Shown here piece after piece: positions 1 through 12,959 of a DNA stretch of 52,814 nt. Source of the DNA: Priapulus caudatus (lineage: Eukaryota); contig NW_014577535.1 of assembly GCF_000485595.1 (NCBI RefSeq), forward strand, positions 111,370 through 164,183, in the 5' to 3' direction. The position numbers and the translations under genes are program-made. Numbering within the stretch: position 1 is the first letter of the stretch; the number at the start of each line of letters is the position of its first letter. The notes below the pieces were generated by a model. The model was given only the letters and a program-made list of their open reading frames with translations, was not told the origin of the DNA and searched no databases.

Positions 1-39
1 ACTCTGTGTGTGACTGTGTATCTGTGTGTGTGTGTGTGT

Positions 40-91
<52 letters not shown>
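1..91. repeat. (TG)n microsatellite
   Basis: tgtgtg... for about 85 bp at the window start. Confidence 0.95.
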
Positions 92-93
<2 letters not shown>

Positions 94-900
94 AACGTTG
101 CAAGTAAGGGACAAAATCTAGCTCAAACTAATAGGAGTAGTAGCTCTCCATTTTACATGTGTAATTTGAACAAAATATCACTTCATTTACCAGATTCAGG
201 CATGCACGCGAGCTTATGCATCCCGCTTTGGTACAGGAAACTTTTGTATTACTAAGCGCTTTAATTTTTATTAATAAAGTAAATAGACGGCATGCTCTCT
301 CTAAATAAAAAGTATAATTACAAGAAAATGCTACTACTTCTTTTGGATAGCTGTACACACAGCTGCAGATGTTATCTGCATCATATAGGTATCGCCATCT
401 ACTGGAGGATTTAAGCATTATTGGTGTGATGACAGCTAGGGCATTCTCAATCTGCATGGTTACATAGAACATAATGATATGTTTGAGTGCGTGTACTACC
501 CAATATTACAGATATTTATGCTTGTTATTAAAAACAGTCAACATGGGTACATTACCCACTCAATGTTCATGTTTGAATTTAGCTCTTTTTACAAATTAGT
601 TTGTACTAAGCATTGCAATATAACAGAAATTTGCTCGTCTGTAAAAGTAAGAACAAGGTTAAATACACACTAGAAGACACGACAAAACTATGTGCTCCTT
701 TGACAACAAACCATTGTTCTAGTACATTTAGGATAACTTGAACGTACAGCTAGTTAGGCTACGATTAACAAGAGGCGAATTAATAAATAATGATAAAAAT
801 ATGTCAAAATTATTAAAACAATAACAGGTAAGATTTGAATAAGGATATCATTAACATAATTATAATATTTTTGTACACATATAGTTGAAAATTTCACGCT

Positions 901-948
<48 letters not shown>

Positions 949-2531
949 TGATATGGTTTAATTGATTATATGTACAGATAACTAGATCATTAATCGATCA
1001 TCTTGCTGATTGTTTTCACATGTTACTGCAACTAGCATAGCGTTTCAGATGAAGAGCGAATGAAATTCTTTGTCAATGATTGTTGCCGCCCGCTCTCTCC
1101 CTCTAGCTGTTTCTTCCACCTCCCATCTCCTGCTTTCCCTCCCCCTCCCTCCCTCCCCACATCTCTCTATATAATAATGTATATACGTAGCTATTATATA
1201 TAACATTAAAATAAAATAAAATATGTAATTGTGTCATATATTTCATATGTTCCGTAGTGCGAAATATATCGAGAGAGCTGATCAAGATCGAGTTTTACAC
1301 AGCTAGTTTTCCAACAAACACCAGGTCACAGTCGTACTCTGGCCGGTCCTGCATAAAAGCTTCAGGCCGCATATGAACACCGCTTTGCTGAGCGTTTACT
1401 GCGTCCTCACAGAATTGATTATCTTTTTTTAGAATGGGTATCTCGGCTTTTTACCCCTGATGTCGGCACCAAGGTGGAGGCCTAAGGTCCATTCTCAGTA
1501 TTCCGGTTAATTAAAATTGTAATTTCGGCTCTCCCGCGTCCCGGATGACTTCTGTTCGTAAATATATCATCTGGTATTTTCCGGTTTCCATGAAATAACT
1601 GCCCCCTCCATATTGCATACCTGCGTGCCTTTTAGCACATCCTCATTAATCCGCCCGTAGGTGGCGCACTAAGCACTAACGCACCAAGCTCATATATGTT
1701 ACGATGGAACGAATGGTTCTTCGCGCATTCCTTGCCGCTTAATTTACGCGTCGGCCATAGGGAAATAGTTGAGTTGGTTGTCATGGCAACGAGTCCAAAC
1801 GTTTGTTAACAGAATTTACAGCAGAACAGCGGGAAGAAAAATTTAATATCTTCACAATTATTAGTATAATAACCAGACGTCAATGACAGACGAATCACCG
1901 TGTAACCGCTGCAACACAGTGAACACACGCTGCGTGCAATAAAAACCGGGCAAAATGTAATCTACAATATCTACAATCTTCCAAAGCAAACGTTAGTTTA
2001 TTTGTTATGATTATAAAAAATACAAACTACTGCGAAGCAAAATGAAATGTTGCGATTTCGCTAGTCACTATATAATTATAAGCAAACGTCATTGTTGGGT
2101 CCGTAATTAACGGCCCAGTCACACATACACGACGCACGGCCCGCGCACTGAAAAATTAGTGCCATTGCGTTGTCTTTCGCTGGGTGTGCGTCAGCATTCG
2201 TTACACGTTCGTCGAGCGCGCTGGACCAACGCTATGCATTCGTTGTCATTCGCTGTGTGAGTCGGGATTTTTGTGCATGCACAAAAATGTGCCCGGAGCT
2301 CAACGCAATAATGTACACGCCAGAAGGACGCGGAGCACACGCTGGGTATTCGTTGTATGTTCGTCGGCTGAGGTGTAGCGAACACCTAGTGCACACCTAG
2401 CGTGCTTCTAACGCATGTCCAGCGAACATGCAGCGAATATGGGCGTGCTGAACGAGTGCTGAACGAGTCTGTAGCGCGCCCAGCGTTCTTCTAGCGTGTT
2501 GCTAGCGTGTACGCAGCGTGTAGCCATGGGG

Positions 2532-2539
2532 TATATAAA
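2532..2539 (+). promoter_or_regulatory. TATA box (TATATAAA) plus GC box (CCGCCCC 2547-2553) about 75 bp upstream of the transposase ORF
   Basis: gggtatataaacgggtcccgcccc directly upstream of the ORF starting at 2614. Confidence 0.4.
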
Positions 2540-2613
2540 CGGGTCCCGCCCCACCTCCACATCATCACTTCTCCTCCGACCCTCATGGGTGATGACAGAA
2601 GTTCCTGCTGATC

Positions 2614-3151
2614 GTGTCTAGAAGAACCACCTCAGAAGATGGAGGATCCCGACAGGCTGCGACTACAATACGAAATCGCGGTTCTCCAACATCAGCAGAA
2701 CGTTATGGAACTGGCACTTCACCAAGTCTATGTCATCAGGAGAGGGAGAAGAGAAGAGGTCAACGGATGTTCTGGGTCCGACCGTGGATCGGTAGGCGAC
2801 GACAATTTGGCCTGTATGACCAGCTACTTGTTGAACTCCGTAACGAAGACCAGGCAGCCTTCAAGAACTTCATGCGGATGCCCCCCCGAGATGTTCGACG
2901 AGCTGCTAACCAGAATGGGTCCGAGGATCACCAAGCAGAATACAACCTACAGAGAGGCCCTCGACCCTGGTCTGAAGCTTGCCCTCACTCTGCGGCATCT
3001 TGCCCCTGGGACAAAGTATCACTTTATGTCCTATGGGTGGAGGGTGCCTCACAACACCATATCCCTGACCTGTTCGTTCGGTGACCTGATCGTTCGCTGG
3101 CTGTGCGTTGAATGCGCGGTGCATGCGCGGACCATTCGTTCCGTGCGCTAG
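2614..3151 (+). pseudogene. Harbinger/PIF transposase N-terminal fragment (about 170 aa), frameshifted at a C7 run (2881-2887) and truncated before the DDE core
   Basis: Frame 1 ...LYDQLLVELRNEDQAAFKNFMRMPP, then frame 2 PEMFDELLTRMGPRITKQNTTYREALDPGLKLALTLRHLAPGTKYHFMSYGWRVPHNTISL, the conserved N-terminal region of HARBI1-like transposases. Confidence 0.6.
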
Positions 3152-4330
3152 CAACACGCTGTGCATTCGTTGGATTTTTTAACATGTGCGCTCTGTATAC
3201 GCTCTGTATGCGGCCTGTATACGCGCAGCGCGCTAGCAACACGCTGTGCATTCGTTGTCAACTCGCTAGCTTCTCCCAAATCCTGACAAAAGTTGGACGC
3301 ACAACGACGCACTGATCTTATTTTCCATTTTTTGATTAATTTTAAATGCGCGGGCTGTGCGTCGCGTATGTATGACTGGGCCATAATATTCCATTCAATT
3401 TTCACTGATCAAGTCAGTAACGCTTATAAATAATGAAACGTTTGATAGGACACGCACGAAACAAACATACAGCGTAACTACGTTTATTTGTATCCTACTA
3501 CGTAATCTTCACAATTTATTTAGTTCGTACGGCCGACGCATAAGCCTGATGGCTAGGCCGCAAGTGATGGCTAATTTCGGGGCAGCTACGGGGACGTATG
3601 GAGTTAATCTAAATTAAGTAGACATGTATATTTCGGTATGCACAAGGTAATGTGTTTCTACATATGACTAGCAATTACACATGTGCATTTATCCTAGCTA
3701 TTGTTACTGCAGTATTTATTTTATCATGTAACGTATTTGAATTGAAGGCTGCTATATAATAACTACAGTTACCATTGTATCTAGGTTTCGCACGACTAGA
3801 GGGCAAGGGGTACCATCTGAGTCCCCAAGTTGAGAATAACTCTACCACCAATCACCAAGAATCACAAAACAGCTCGGTTTCCAATCACCAAGAATTCAAA
3901 TGTGGTTAAATACACTCCCACATTCACAATTTACATTCCGACAATTCATTCCAAGCAATTATACATTGGACAGCGAGGTAAACTAATTAAACCTATAGTA
4001 AAGTTTAATATGCTGTATCCCGTTTCATGCTGAAATGGACATGTCAATGAAGCATATGGCTATTTAATCGGCATTAAAAACGATAAACGCCCAAGTCAAA
4101 CACAGCATTACACACAAAAAGCAAAAAGTGATCCTCTGTGTCGATCGATGATGTGACACAGCGTATGTTGCTTTCAACTTGTTTGTCTTCAGTTCTTACG
4201 AGACTGATTCCTTTCATTTGTACTACGCGTACCCGACATATCAGCTCGACGGTGATTGTGCTACGTTATATATATATATAGTCACAATTACTTCGCCTTG
4301 ATTGTGCATTATCTTGGCTTCACCTGCGTG

Positions 4331-4388
4331 GCGTTGGTTGAAACGTAGATAGACCTACGTCATTCAGTGACGTTTCTACTAACTACTA
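4331..4388 (+). repeat. 58-bp dispersed repeat, copy 1 (copy 2 at 5197-5254, 55/58 identical), with an internal hairpin gaaacgtag...ctacgt...gacgtttc
   Basis: gcgttggttgaaacgtagatagacctacgtcattcagtgacgtttctactaactacta; both copies are flanked by (TA)n. Confidence 0.8.
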
Positions 4389-4847
4389 GTCCATATGATA
4401 AACGGTCATCCACGCGAACACGAATGTAGCTATTACAGATATTACATGAATGCGTATGTGTATAAATCAAAGTATTCGTGGCGACGTATAACATTAAATA
4501 TATTTAAATAAATAGTGTCTGAAAGTATATTCAATGAGATAAATAAGTTATCCATGAATTACCAACCATTGTGGCCGTAGTTTTGCAGCTAAAATGAGAT
4601 GATCGGTTTCAGATTGCTTTGAAAAAGTGCACATCCTTTGGGATTACACGAGGAAACCCGGCATATAGAACAGCATAGTGGCGCTCCTGTCATATTTTAT
4701 TTTTTGAGCATTTGATCTTGTTCGTAACCGTAGTAATCTCGTAGCAATAGGCCAATTTTCGTTACATGAGGTATTATTGTCAACAAATTTCCCGCAAGGT
4801 ATGAAAACCCATTATTGGATCGAATATAGTTGCAAAATTGGTAAAAG

Positions 4848-4849
<2 letters not shown>

Positions 4850-4902
<53 letters not shown>

Positions 4903-4926
4903 ACACCACACCACACCCACACCACA
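4850..4926. repeat. (CA)n then (CCACA)n microsatellite
   Basis: Direct reading of the sequence. Confidence 0.95.
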
Positions 4927-6122
4927 ATATATATTATATATATTTATATACATTTTCGTTATAATTATTATACATTAGTATATATATTTATATTCTAGTA
5001 GTAAGTATACTAGAACTACTAGAAATCACTACGTAAACGTTGCAAAACCTCGTGCTAGCTCACAGATATAGTAACAAGAATTGCCTATGTCGAGCACAAC
5101 GAGCGCGTGCACACTAACATCCAATAAGGTGTGCGCCAGCGCGATTCGATTTGTTCACCGATGACACTTATACTCACTGATAAATATATATACGTAGCGT
5201 TGGTTGTAACGTAGATAGACCTACGTCATTCATTGACGTTTCTACTAACTACTATATATATATTATATTACCCGGTTATATATTATATAGATTAGCGGTT
5301 ATATTGGAGCACCACGGTTCCTTTCGGTGGGTCGTGAACGCCGCTAAGCAGTATGTCGAGGTGCGCGATCAGGCGTTTCGCCTGGAAGGTGATGTGAGAG
5401 ATTGCGAGCTGCACGCTGATTGTCTATCTGCGCCGGCGTCGACGGTGTAGAGGATCGTCGGAATCGTCAGGGCTCCGTAGCTGCGACGAAGGCGCGGTGT
5501 GCCATGGCGCGCCGAACAGCACCCGAAGACACCTGGCAGACGTGAAAGGATTGTGAGCATGCGTATCGTTCCGTCGCGATAGAAATTCGATTGCGCTAGT
5601 CGGATGAACAGCTGCTGACGGTATGATGATTCAGAATTTTCTCTTTTAAATATGTGAGAATGGGTATTGTAATGGAACGATTGGTAAATTGTTATGGACT
5701 ATCGTATTCTGGGTTGTTCGCCTGTAACAACGCATGCAAAATTATTCGATCTATTTAATATTGCAAGACTACTCTTTCATGTCTGCTTATCGGTCGACGA
5801 ATCGCTTGATTTGTGCATTCAACAAATTCTAATGTACGTATTGCTAACAAATTCATACCATACCGTCAGAGTAACAGACCAACGCCGCTGGCTTGCCCGA
5901 GAAAATGTCCGTATCGAAATGAATGATCATGTTAGTGAGCGTCAGGTGGAATCGTCTGATAAGTACTCCGTAGACACGTAGACGAAAGCGTCTGCGTCAT
6001 TGATGATGCCTCTCGCATTTCTTGGCCGCAGCGGGATATCCTCAATGCGCTGAGGTGTGTCATTTGTAGCTCGCCATCATTAGTGGAAGTTCAGTTCCAA
6101 GGGTCTAAGAACAAAATTTGCG

Positions 6123-6351
<229 letters not shown>

Positions 6352-6363
6352 TAGTTCATGGAG

Positions 6364-6507
<144 letters not shown>

Positions 6508-7133
6508 CTCTCCTTTTCTCTCGTGCGTGTGTGTGTGCGCGCGTGTGTGCGTTTTTGTGCGTACGCGTGTCTTTGTGTACGCGCGTGCGTGTGTGTGTGC
6601 GTGTGTTTGTCACGCTCGGGAATACTCTCTGAAATTTCTGGGTAGGTGATGGACATCAAGCGCGGTATGCCGCAGTGTTACAGAAGAGTCCACAGTGACT
6701 CTTTTGAATTCAGTAGTCTGAAAAGTGATTACCTTCATTGTCGAAAAAGTAGTTTTTTACTCTTATTTTTACTCTCGCACACACCCACACATGCAAGCAC
6801 GTACACACTTAGGCACGCTCGGGCGCACAAGCGATCACAGGCACGCACACGCACAGATACGTACGTACACGCACACAGACACAGACTCACACGCGCACGC
6901 AGATGCGCACGCACGCGCACACACTCCCGTGTCCCTAGCATAAGAATACCATCGACATCTGTCACCAAAAAGCATCTGGATAACGAGCTCATGTTGCCGA
7001 GTGATTCTAACAAAACTGTCAGTAAGTTTATCTGCCTGCACGCGCGTGCATGTGCACGTACCCACGCGCTCCACTAGTACACACTAGTACTAACCATGTC
7101 GTCACCGCTCACAGCAGTATACTATACATATGG

Positions 7134-7262
7134 TTAGGAGTGAATAATAATAGATCAATTCTATTTCTATTTCTATTCTATTTCCATCTATTATACTGTC
7201 GATACTATTACTGTCGATACTTATACTGTCGATTCTATTTCTATCTATTATTATTCACTCCT
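7134..7262. mobile_element. Miniature TIR element (~130 bp) with 20-bp perfect TIRs and a flanking CATATGG direct repeat
   Basis: AGGAGTGAATAATAATAGAT (7137-7156) versus ATCTATTATTATTCACTCCT (7243-7262); catatgg at 7127-7133 and 7263-7269; interior is tctatttc / tactgtcgata tandem motifs. Confidence 0.45.
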
Positions 7263-7575
7263 CATATGGTCTATCGTAGTGTCGTTACGCATTAGTTATC
7301 TATTCACGCTGTGCATTATTTGAGAAGTTAACTGGAGATGTCGTAAAAGCATCAAGGAAGAGAGTAATCAGAATATTTTTACCAACACCAAATTTGAACG
7401 AACCCGGCAAGATGAAATCACACCGTGACAAGAAATCGAATTCTCCGGGCGAAATTAGTATAAGCCGAGAACATTTGTTCAGCAAGCGACAGAGTTGTAA
7501 GCATCTTAATTATCACCGAACGGCGCTCGATAACATGAAATTAACCGTCAGTATGAGATGAATGATCGAGGTATC

Positions 7576-7579
<4 letters not shown>

Positions 7580-7629
<50 letters not shown>

Positions 7630-7640
7630 ATATATATATA
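7580..7640. repeat. (AT)n microsatellite
   Basis: About 60 bp of alternating AT. Confidence 0.95.
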
Positions 7641-9733
7641 AGCTATATCTCCATACAAGGTCGGCAATTAGTATGGTTTTCCGATGAGCCAATTAGTGTG
7701 TTTGGCACAGGAGCAGGGTCTCCTACGTTTAATTCCACTGAGCAGCGACCGCGTATGATCGCGATAAACGAGGCTATCGTCTGCTAGGTAATCGTAGGTA
7801 ATAACTGTAGGTAGGTATCGACTCTGGGCGCAGGGCTCCTCGATGCGATATTGGTGGGACGCGAGCGAGGCCGGGAGAGACATCGGCACGAAACTCATAC
7901 GCCACTCTTGGCTCTTGGTCTCACTTGCTTGATATTTATCGGGACTGAACTCGCGTGCACCCCTTCATTGTCTGACAGGGGTGGCGCTAGAGGAAAAGAG
8001 GAGCGGACTACAACCCCTGCCGGGGAAAAATTGAAGTAACTCGTCGACTGTACCATCTACGAAAAAAGATTGCAATCTCTCTCATTCCGTAGCGCTGCGT
8101 TACACGCAGTAATTAACAAAATCAAAATCAGCAGGACCGCGGGCAAATTTATTTGTACATATGATATATTACAATTTTTAAATTATAATTAATGTTATAT
8201 CGCAATCATTTCCTGGTGAAGATGCTAAAGAGGCCACTTTACATGTTCACGTTTCAAACAAAATCGGATCCCCTACTTTAAGATAGCATTTGGCCTCCTA
8301 TTCTTATTGTGAATTATTTTGGTATTCCCTCTCATCGAGGACCTTCGCCCCTGTGTCGGGCAATCTCTGGTGTCATCCTAGCTATACGAAATAACGAAAT
8401 GGCTGAACGCGTCTCTATAATATTCAGGTAGGTTTCAAACGAGAGAAAATATAATCGTCTCTCTGTGAAATCAACTATTCGCGGCCGTCAATGCCGCATT
8501 TTCCATTCCCCTTTTGTGTCTTACACGACGATTGTGCCGCGCAACGAACCGTCTGAACACGCAAGTAATAATCGCTTTTATGAAAACGAGACGCAAGATT
8601 CGGATTACGAACTCGAGCGTTTGCGGCTGTGAACGCGTTCTCCGTGTAGAGCGATGCTTTCGTGCTGCCCATCGTTTGCGACTTATACAGCGGGCGCATC
8701 GTGTTCCGCGGTCGCATAATTATCTTATCTTATCTTATCTTCATCGCGTTTTCACCTTTTATTTTTTCACGCGTTTATTTTACCTGCATCTCAAGAGGAT
8801 CGATGGCTGATACATAGACAGAGCACGCATGGCATATTATACTCGAGAGGGCACACGTGTGCCCGTGCTATATACTACAGGAAGAAAGTCCTCGGTACAG
8901 CAAGATTTCATTACGCTATCTTGACCAAAGGTATACGTTCAAAGCGCTACTACCGGAGGAACGGTGAAGAGCGTAGCGGCACATCACCGCAGCATTGTAA
9001 TGGGCAAACGATCTTCAACTCGCTAATGGAACACCTGCACACGGACGTCACGTACACGGATGCTAACGGGCAAAGGCGCGATGTGTTCGAGGACGAGCGA
9101 CATTCGCGGCTACGAATACTTTTCGGATTCGATAAATCGGAATTCCAATAACCAGCGAGATTCTCACGCGGACTCGCGTTCGTCGCGTCACATCTGACGC
9201 ATGCAGCTCTAGAACCATAGCCTTTCGCTCCGTCACAGGACCACGGCGCCTGTGTCGGAGCGAATGGCTATAGTTCTAGAGCTACGTCTGACGCAGCTAG
9301 TGCTCTTACCCATGATAATCACTTCGTGGCCGGTGTTCTCCAACAGCTCTCGCACGAAGACCGTTACTCGATCACAGAGTCGCCGATGCCTCACCGATCC
9401 CATGAAGATGCACACCTTGTAGTTGTCGCGGGCGGCCATGTCTGTCGAGTCTGTCATAGTATCCCTACTACCATAGTACATGTTATTACGAGGGTAGGGG
9501 GAGTTGTGAGGCGGCGGTTACGGCTGCGCAGTATGCGGCGGCCTGCATGTCAGCTTCGACGCAAATGATCACAGTTGTGTAGCTGCGATATTGCCTCGCT
9601 TTGATTTATTGCCAGTACGAATATTACACAGACTACAACGGCGAAAATGCTCGAATATATAGATTTTTCTGGTGTTTTTTTGCGGGATTGCCACATGTGT
9701 TAGAAAATAACATCGACCTCGCGTCGTGTCATA

Positions 9734-10173
9734 GAGTGGCGTAGTTAGGGGGGGGGGGCCAAAGGGAGCCATGCCCCCCCTGTTGATCCGAACGTAAAAA
9801 GAAAAAGAAAAAAAGAATTGTTCTACTAAAAAGAGAATTGTCCTAGTCAGAATGAAGGCTGTACATGTACTCAAAAGTGCCTCAAATACCAACTCCTGCG
9901 ATCAACATTTTTCTGGGGGAGGACCCCCATACCCCCCCCCGCCTGTTTTTCACCCCCTCCGTTTATATATCTTGGTAGCAGAGAACAACGAACAAAAATG
10001 TTGTCTTTATGCATGGCGCCTGAAACAAAGATTGCTGAGCTGAGAGGTGGGGGAACGTAGGGTGTGGAGAGGGAAGCGGAGGAACCATTAAAATATTAAG
10101 TCATCCACCATTTTGCACAGTTCGCTGTTTTTGCCCCCCCCCCCCCTGTTAAAAAATCCTGGCTACGCCACTG
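9734..10173. mobile_element. hAT-like MITE (non-autonomous), 440 bp, perfect 8-bp TSD
   Basis: TSD GTGTCATA at 9726-9733 and 10174-10181; TIR GAGTGGCGTAG versus CAGTGGCGTAG (reverse complement), followed on both arms by poly-G/poly-C tracts; no coding capacity. Confidence 0.6.
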
Positions 10174-11740
10174 GTGTCATATGCCCTTTGCCATCGATTC
10201 TAGAACTTCACCCCTGCTAGTTTTTGTCATGACAGCTCAATATTGCCGGCATTTCCAGCATTAGCAAGACAAACGCACCATGCAGCTACGTAACGAAGAG
10301 GAGGATTCCATAACAACGTAATATTTAATAATTAATATGTTAATGAATACGCCGCTAAATTATACAGAAAAATTTAATCAATATAGGCCATACACTCTGC
10401 TCATGTAAATACGCACGTGAGGAAGATATTGGCCTTGATGTTTTGTCTAATGAGCGCAAAAGTGTGCTTCTTTTAACTATTAATAATTAATAATAGGCCG
10501 ATGTTTAGGCCGAAGTTTAGGCCGATGTAAGTCATGGCCATACACTCAATGTAAGCTGACCGCTTTGGACATGTAAGAAGAACACACTGCAATCACAGGC
10601 ACATAGTGCTCCACTCATCATGCAACACTAAACCATCTAAATCCACTAACTCATGCAAACATCTCTAATGTTAGATTAACTATGTCGTAGCTATCACCCG
10701 CGCCACCTGTCATGTCTTGGCGTCATTGTCCTGTCACCATCGTCGCTGTCTCTCCTTTTCCTCAGTGTGTTTAGATTACTTAGAAAAATTACTAGAAATA
10801 CTAAAAGTGAAGAAATTCGAGGGGAAAAACTCACATACCGATCAGCAGGAACAGACAGACGCACGTCCGCACGCGCAGGTGCTAATAACTGGTATCGCCT
10901 ACAGACGTGTCGCAGCTGGTAACTCGGCATTAATCACTCCGACAGTATTGGTGACCGCGAAGCAGATGTGAGCGACTACACGCTATGACTGCTTATGACG
11001 CCCACGACCGCTGCGCGCGTACTACGCGGTGTCGACAACGCTTCGATAGCCTCCTTGAGCGAGCTGCGCATACGACGATGGGGTGTACAATGATGGGTGG
11101 GGTTGGCGTGAGGTGAGTCGGTGCACGTTCGGTACTAGCTCTATAATTATAGCCCTTCGCTCTGGTCCTAGAGCTAGTTCGGTGCCTGCTGCATCACATT
11201 GCTACACGCTGGATAGAGTAGGGTGAACATGGGCGTGGCGAATCACGACCGAATGTAATGTAATGGAGTGGGGTGGGTGAGTGTAATCGGGCAAGGAGGA
11301 ACGATCGAAGTCACGGGGGCCACATACAATTGCGCATGCGTGTAAATTTCAGGTAGTAGCGGCACAGTGACCATTGGTGAGTGCGTAGGCGCGTTAGAGC
11401 AAGTATCTTCTTTTTTCCCTACTCAGATCAAAGCGCAGAGGAAATAAACACGCGCAAGTCTACGCGGTGGATGCAATCTCACGGTATACCTCTCAGTGAA
11501 AGGATTCATTTGATTACTGACACAAGATACTGCGACGAAGAAGCCACATAGATCTAAGGAGACAGTGTAGCGTATGGCACCCGCTGATTCCGATCGTTGT
11601 AATTGCAACGATATGCGAATTCGTGGCACGAGTGCAACGCCATGCAAGTACCTCGAAGGAGCTCTCTCGCGCTCACTCTTCGCACAAACATGCCATTCAC
11701 ACTTACAAGCTACAAGCGCTATACTATCAGCAGTGTCATA

Positions 11741-11803
11741 ATATCAGGAGTGTATTATATAGAGATTCTTATCCTTATAATTATACACTCCTGATAATAT
11801 GGA
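11741..11803. repeat. Short hairpin with 14-bp arms TATCAGGAGTGTAT / ATACACTCCTGATA; the same motif ends the foldback elements at 46352 and 47958
   Basis: ataatatcaggagtgtattatat...ttatacactcctgataatat; a third cactcctgatat at 11850. Confidence 0.6.
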
Positions 11804-12959
11804 CACAATATGTATATAGACACGTAATATAGACTGTCTATATTAAAACACTCCTGATATATATATAGGGGAGAATTCGCCGTTATTCGTGAACACTGCA
11901 CGCGTTTACGACCCTCGATCTCCTAAGTCTGACGGGTAAATAAATATTGCATATATTATTATCTATATTGCAAATAATGCACGGGTCTATCTCGCTACTT
12001 CTGCTACTCGCATTCGACACTCACGAAGCGAAGCTCGAGAACGAAGCTACGATAATTATAATTAATAATCCTCGCGTGAATTATAATTATGTCAATACCA
12101 ATCATGCACTGATGTAGCAAACGAATAAACGAATTTGGGCCACAGCTTCTCACGGGCACGTAGTCCGTAAGGGTATCGTCTGCGTACATTAATCGCATCC
12201 GACCATAAAATGCGAGCGGGATATTTGCGTGTGATGCAGCTTACGCAAATGCAGTGCAAATGAGGACGCCCAAGATCAGGTGTGACGTACGGTAAGCTAA
12301 TCGAATTTCATAATCATGATGAAGACCTCTCGATAGCTGGTTTAGAAATGATAAAGATGAATCATATCCCATTACTTTCTAAAGATCAAGCGCACCTTGT
12401 AAATTAGCGCGGACGACCGAGTCATTTCAAAACGATGACCATGTAAGAAAAGTAGCGAATGGTGGACTTATAGTTTGCTACAAACGTTCGTAGATGCCCT
12501 TGTTAGTTTGTCAAGCTATGAAAGACTGGATTAGATAGAGTCAAGCTTTCAGTCTTGTTTCCAGTAAAATTAAAGGGACAGTAACCTCTAGGTTTTTATT
12601 GCATACAACTGTACTTACTGTATAAGAAATCGTCTATACCCACATGTATTTGTCACCAGATACCTAATTTAATTGTTATAATTAATTACACATCAACGCT
12701 ACGAAATTTGAACGGCGCCATGACACCCGCGACCGTGCTGCCACCCCGAAAAAGTTGCGTATTTGACAATTTATTTTGCACGTTACAGACCAAGGGCTAA
12801 TCACAAAAGTGCAATTAAATTTATTACCTAAATGCTATTTAACCGAACGATATTCATTTTAGGGCAAATTTATCCATATTATAACTGAAACTATATGTCG
12901 TTTATAAGATATTACAATCCTTTTGCTTTTAAATGAATAAATAAGAAACACTCTCGGTC

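Larger units (their letters stand above)
2111..3383 (+). mobile_element. Internally deleted Harbinger/PIF-type DNA transposon (35-bp TIRs, TAA target-site duplication)
   Basis: TIR cGGCCCAGTCACACATACACGACGCACGGCCCGCGC at 2111-2146 versus its reverse complement at 3348-3383 (32/35 identical); TAA at 2108-2110 and 3384-3386; the interior encodes a Harbinger-like transposase N-terminus; subterminal GCATTCGTTG/CGCTG motif clusters on both sides of the ORF. Confidence 0.65.

Noticed and set aside
2906-3405. Minus-strand ORFs of 75-86 aa antisense to the transposase fragment
   Set aside because: No similarity to anything recognisable; they lie in the repeat-rich subterminal region of the Harbinger relic.
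8475-9151. Mutually overlapping 76-98 aa ORFs on both strands in a GC-rich patch
   Set aside because: No recognisable motifs and no splice context; possibly degraded TE remnants but not supportable.
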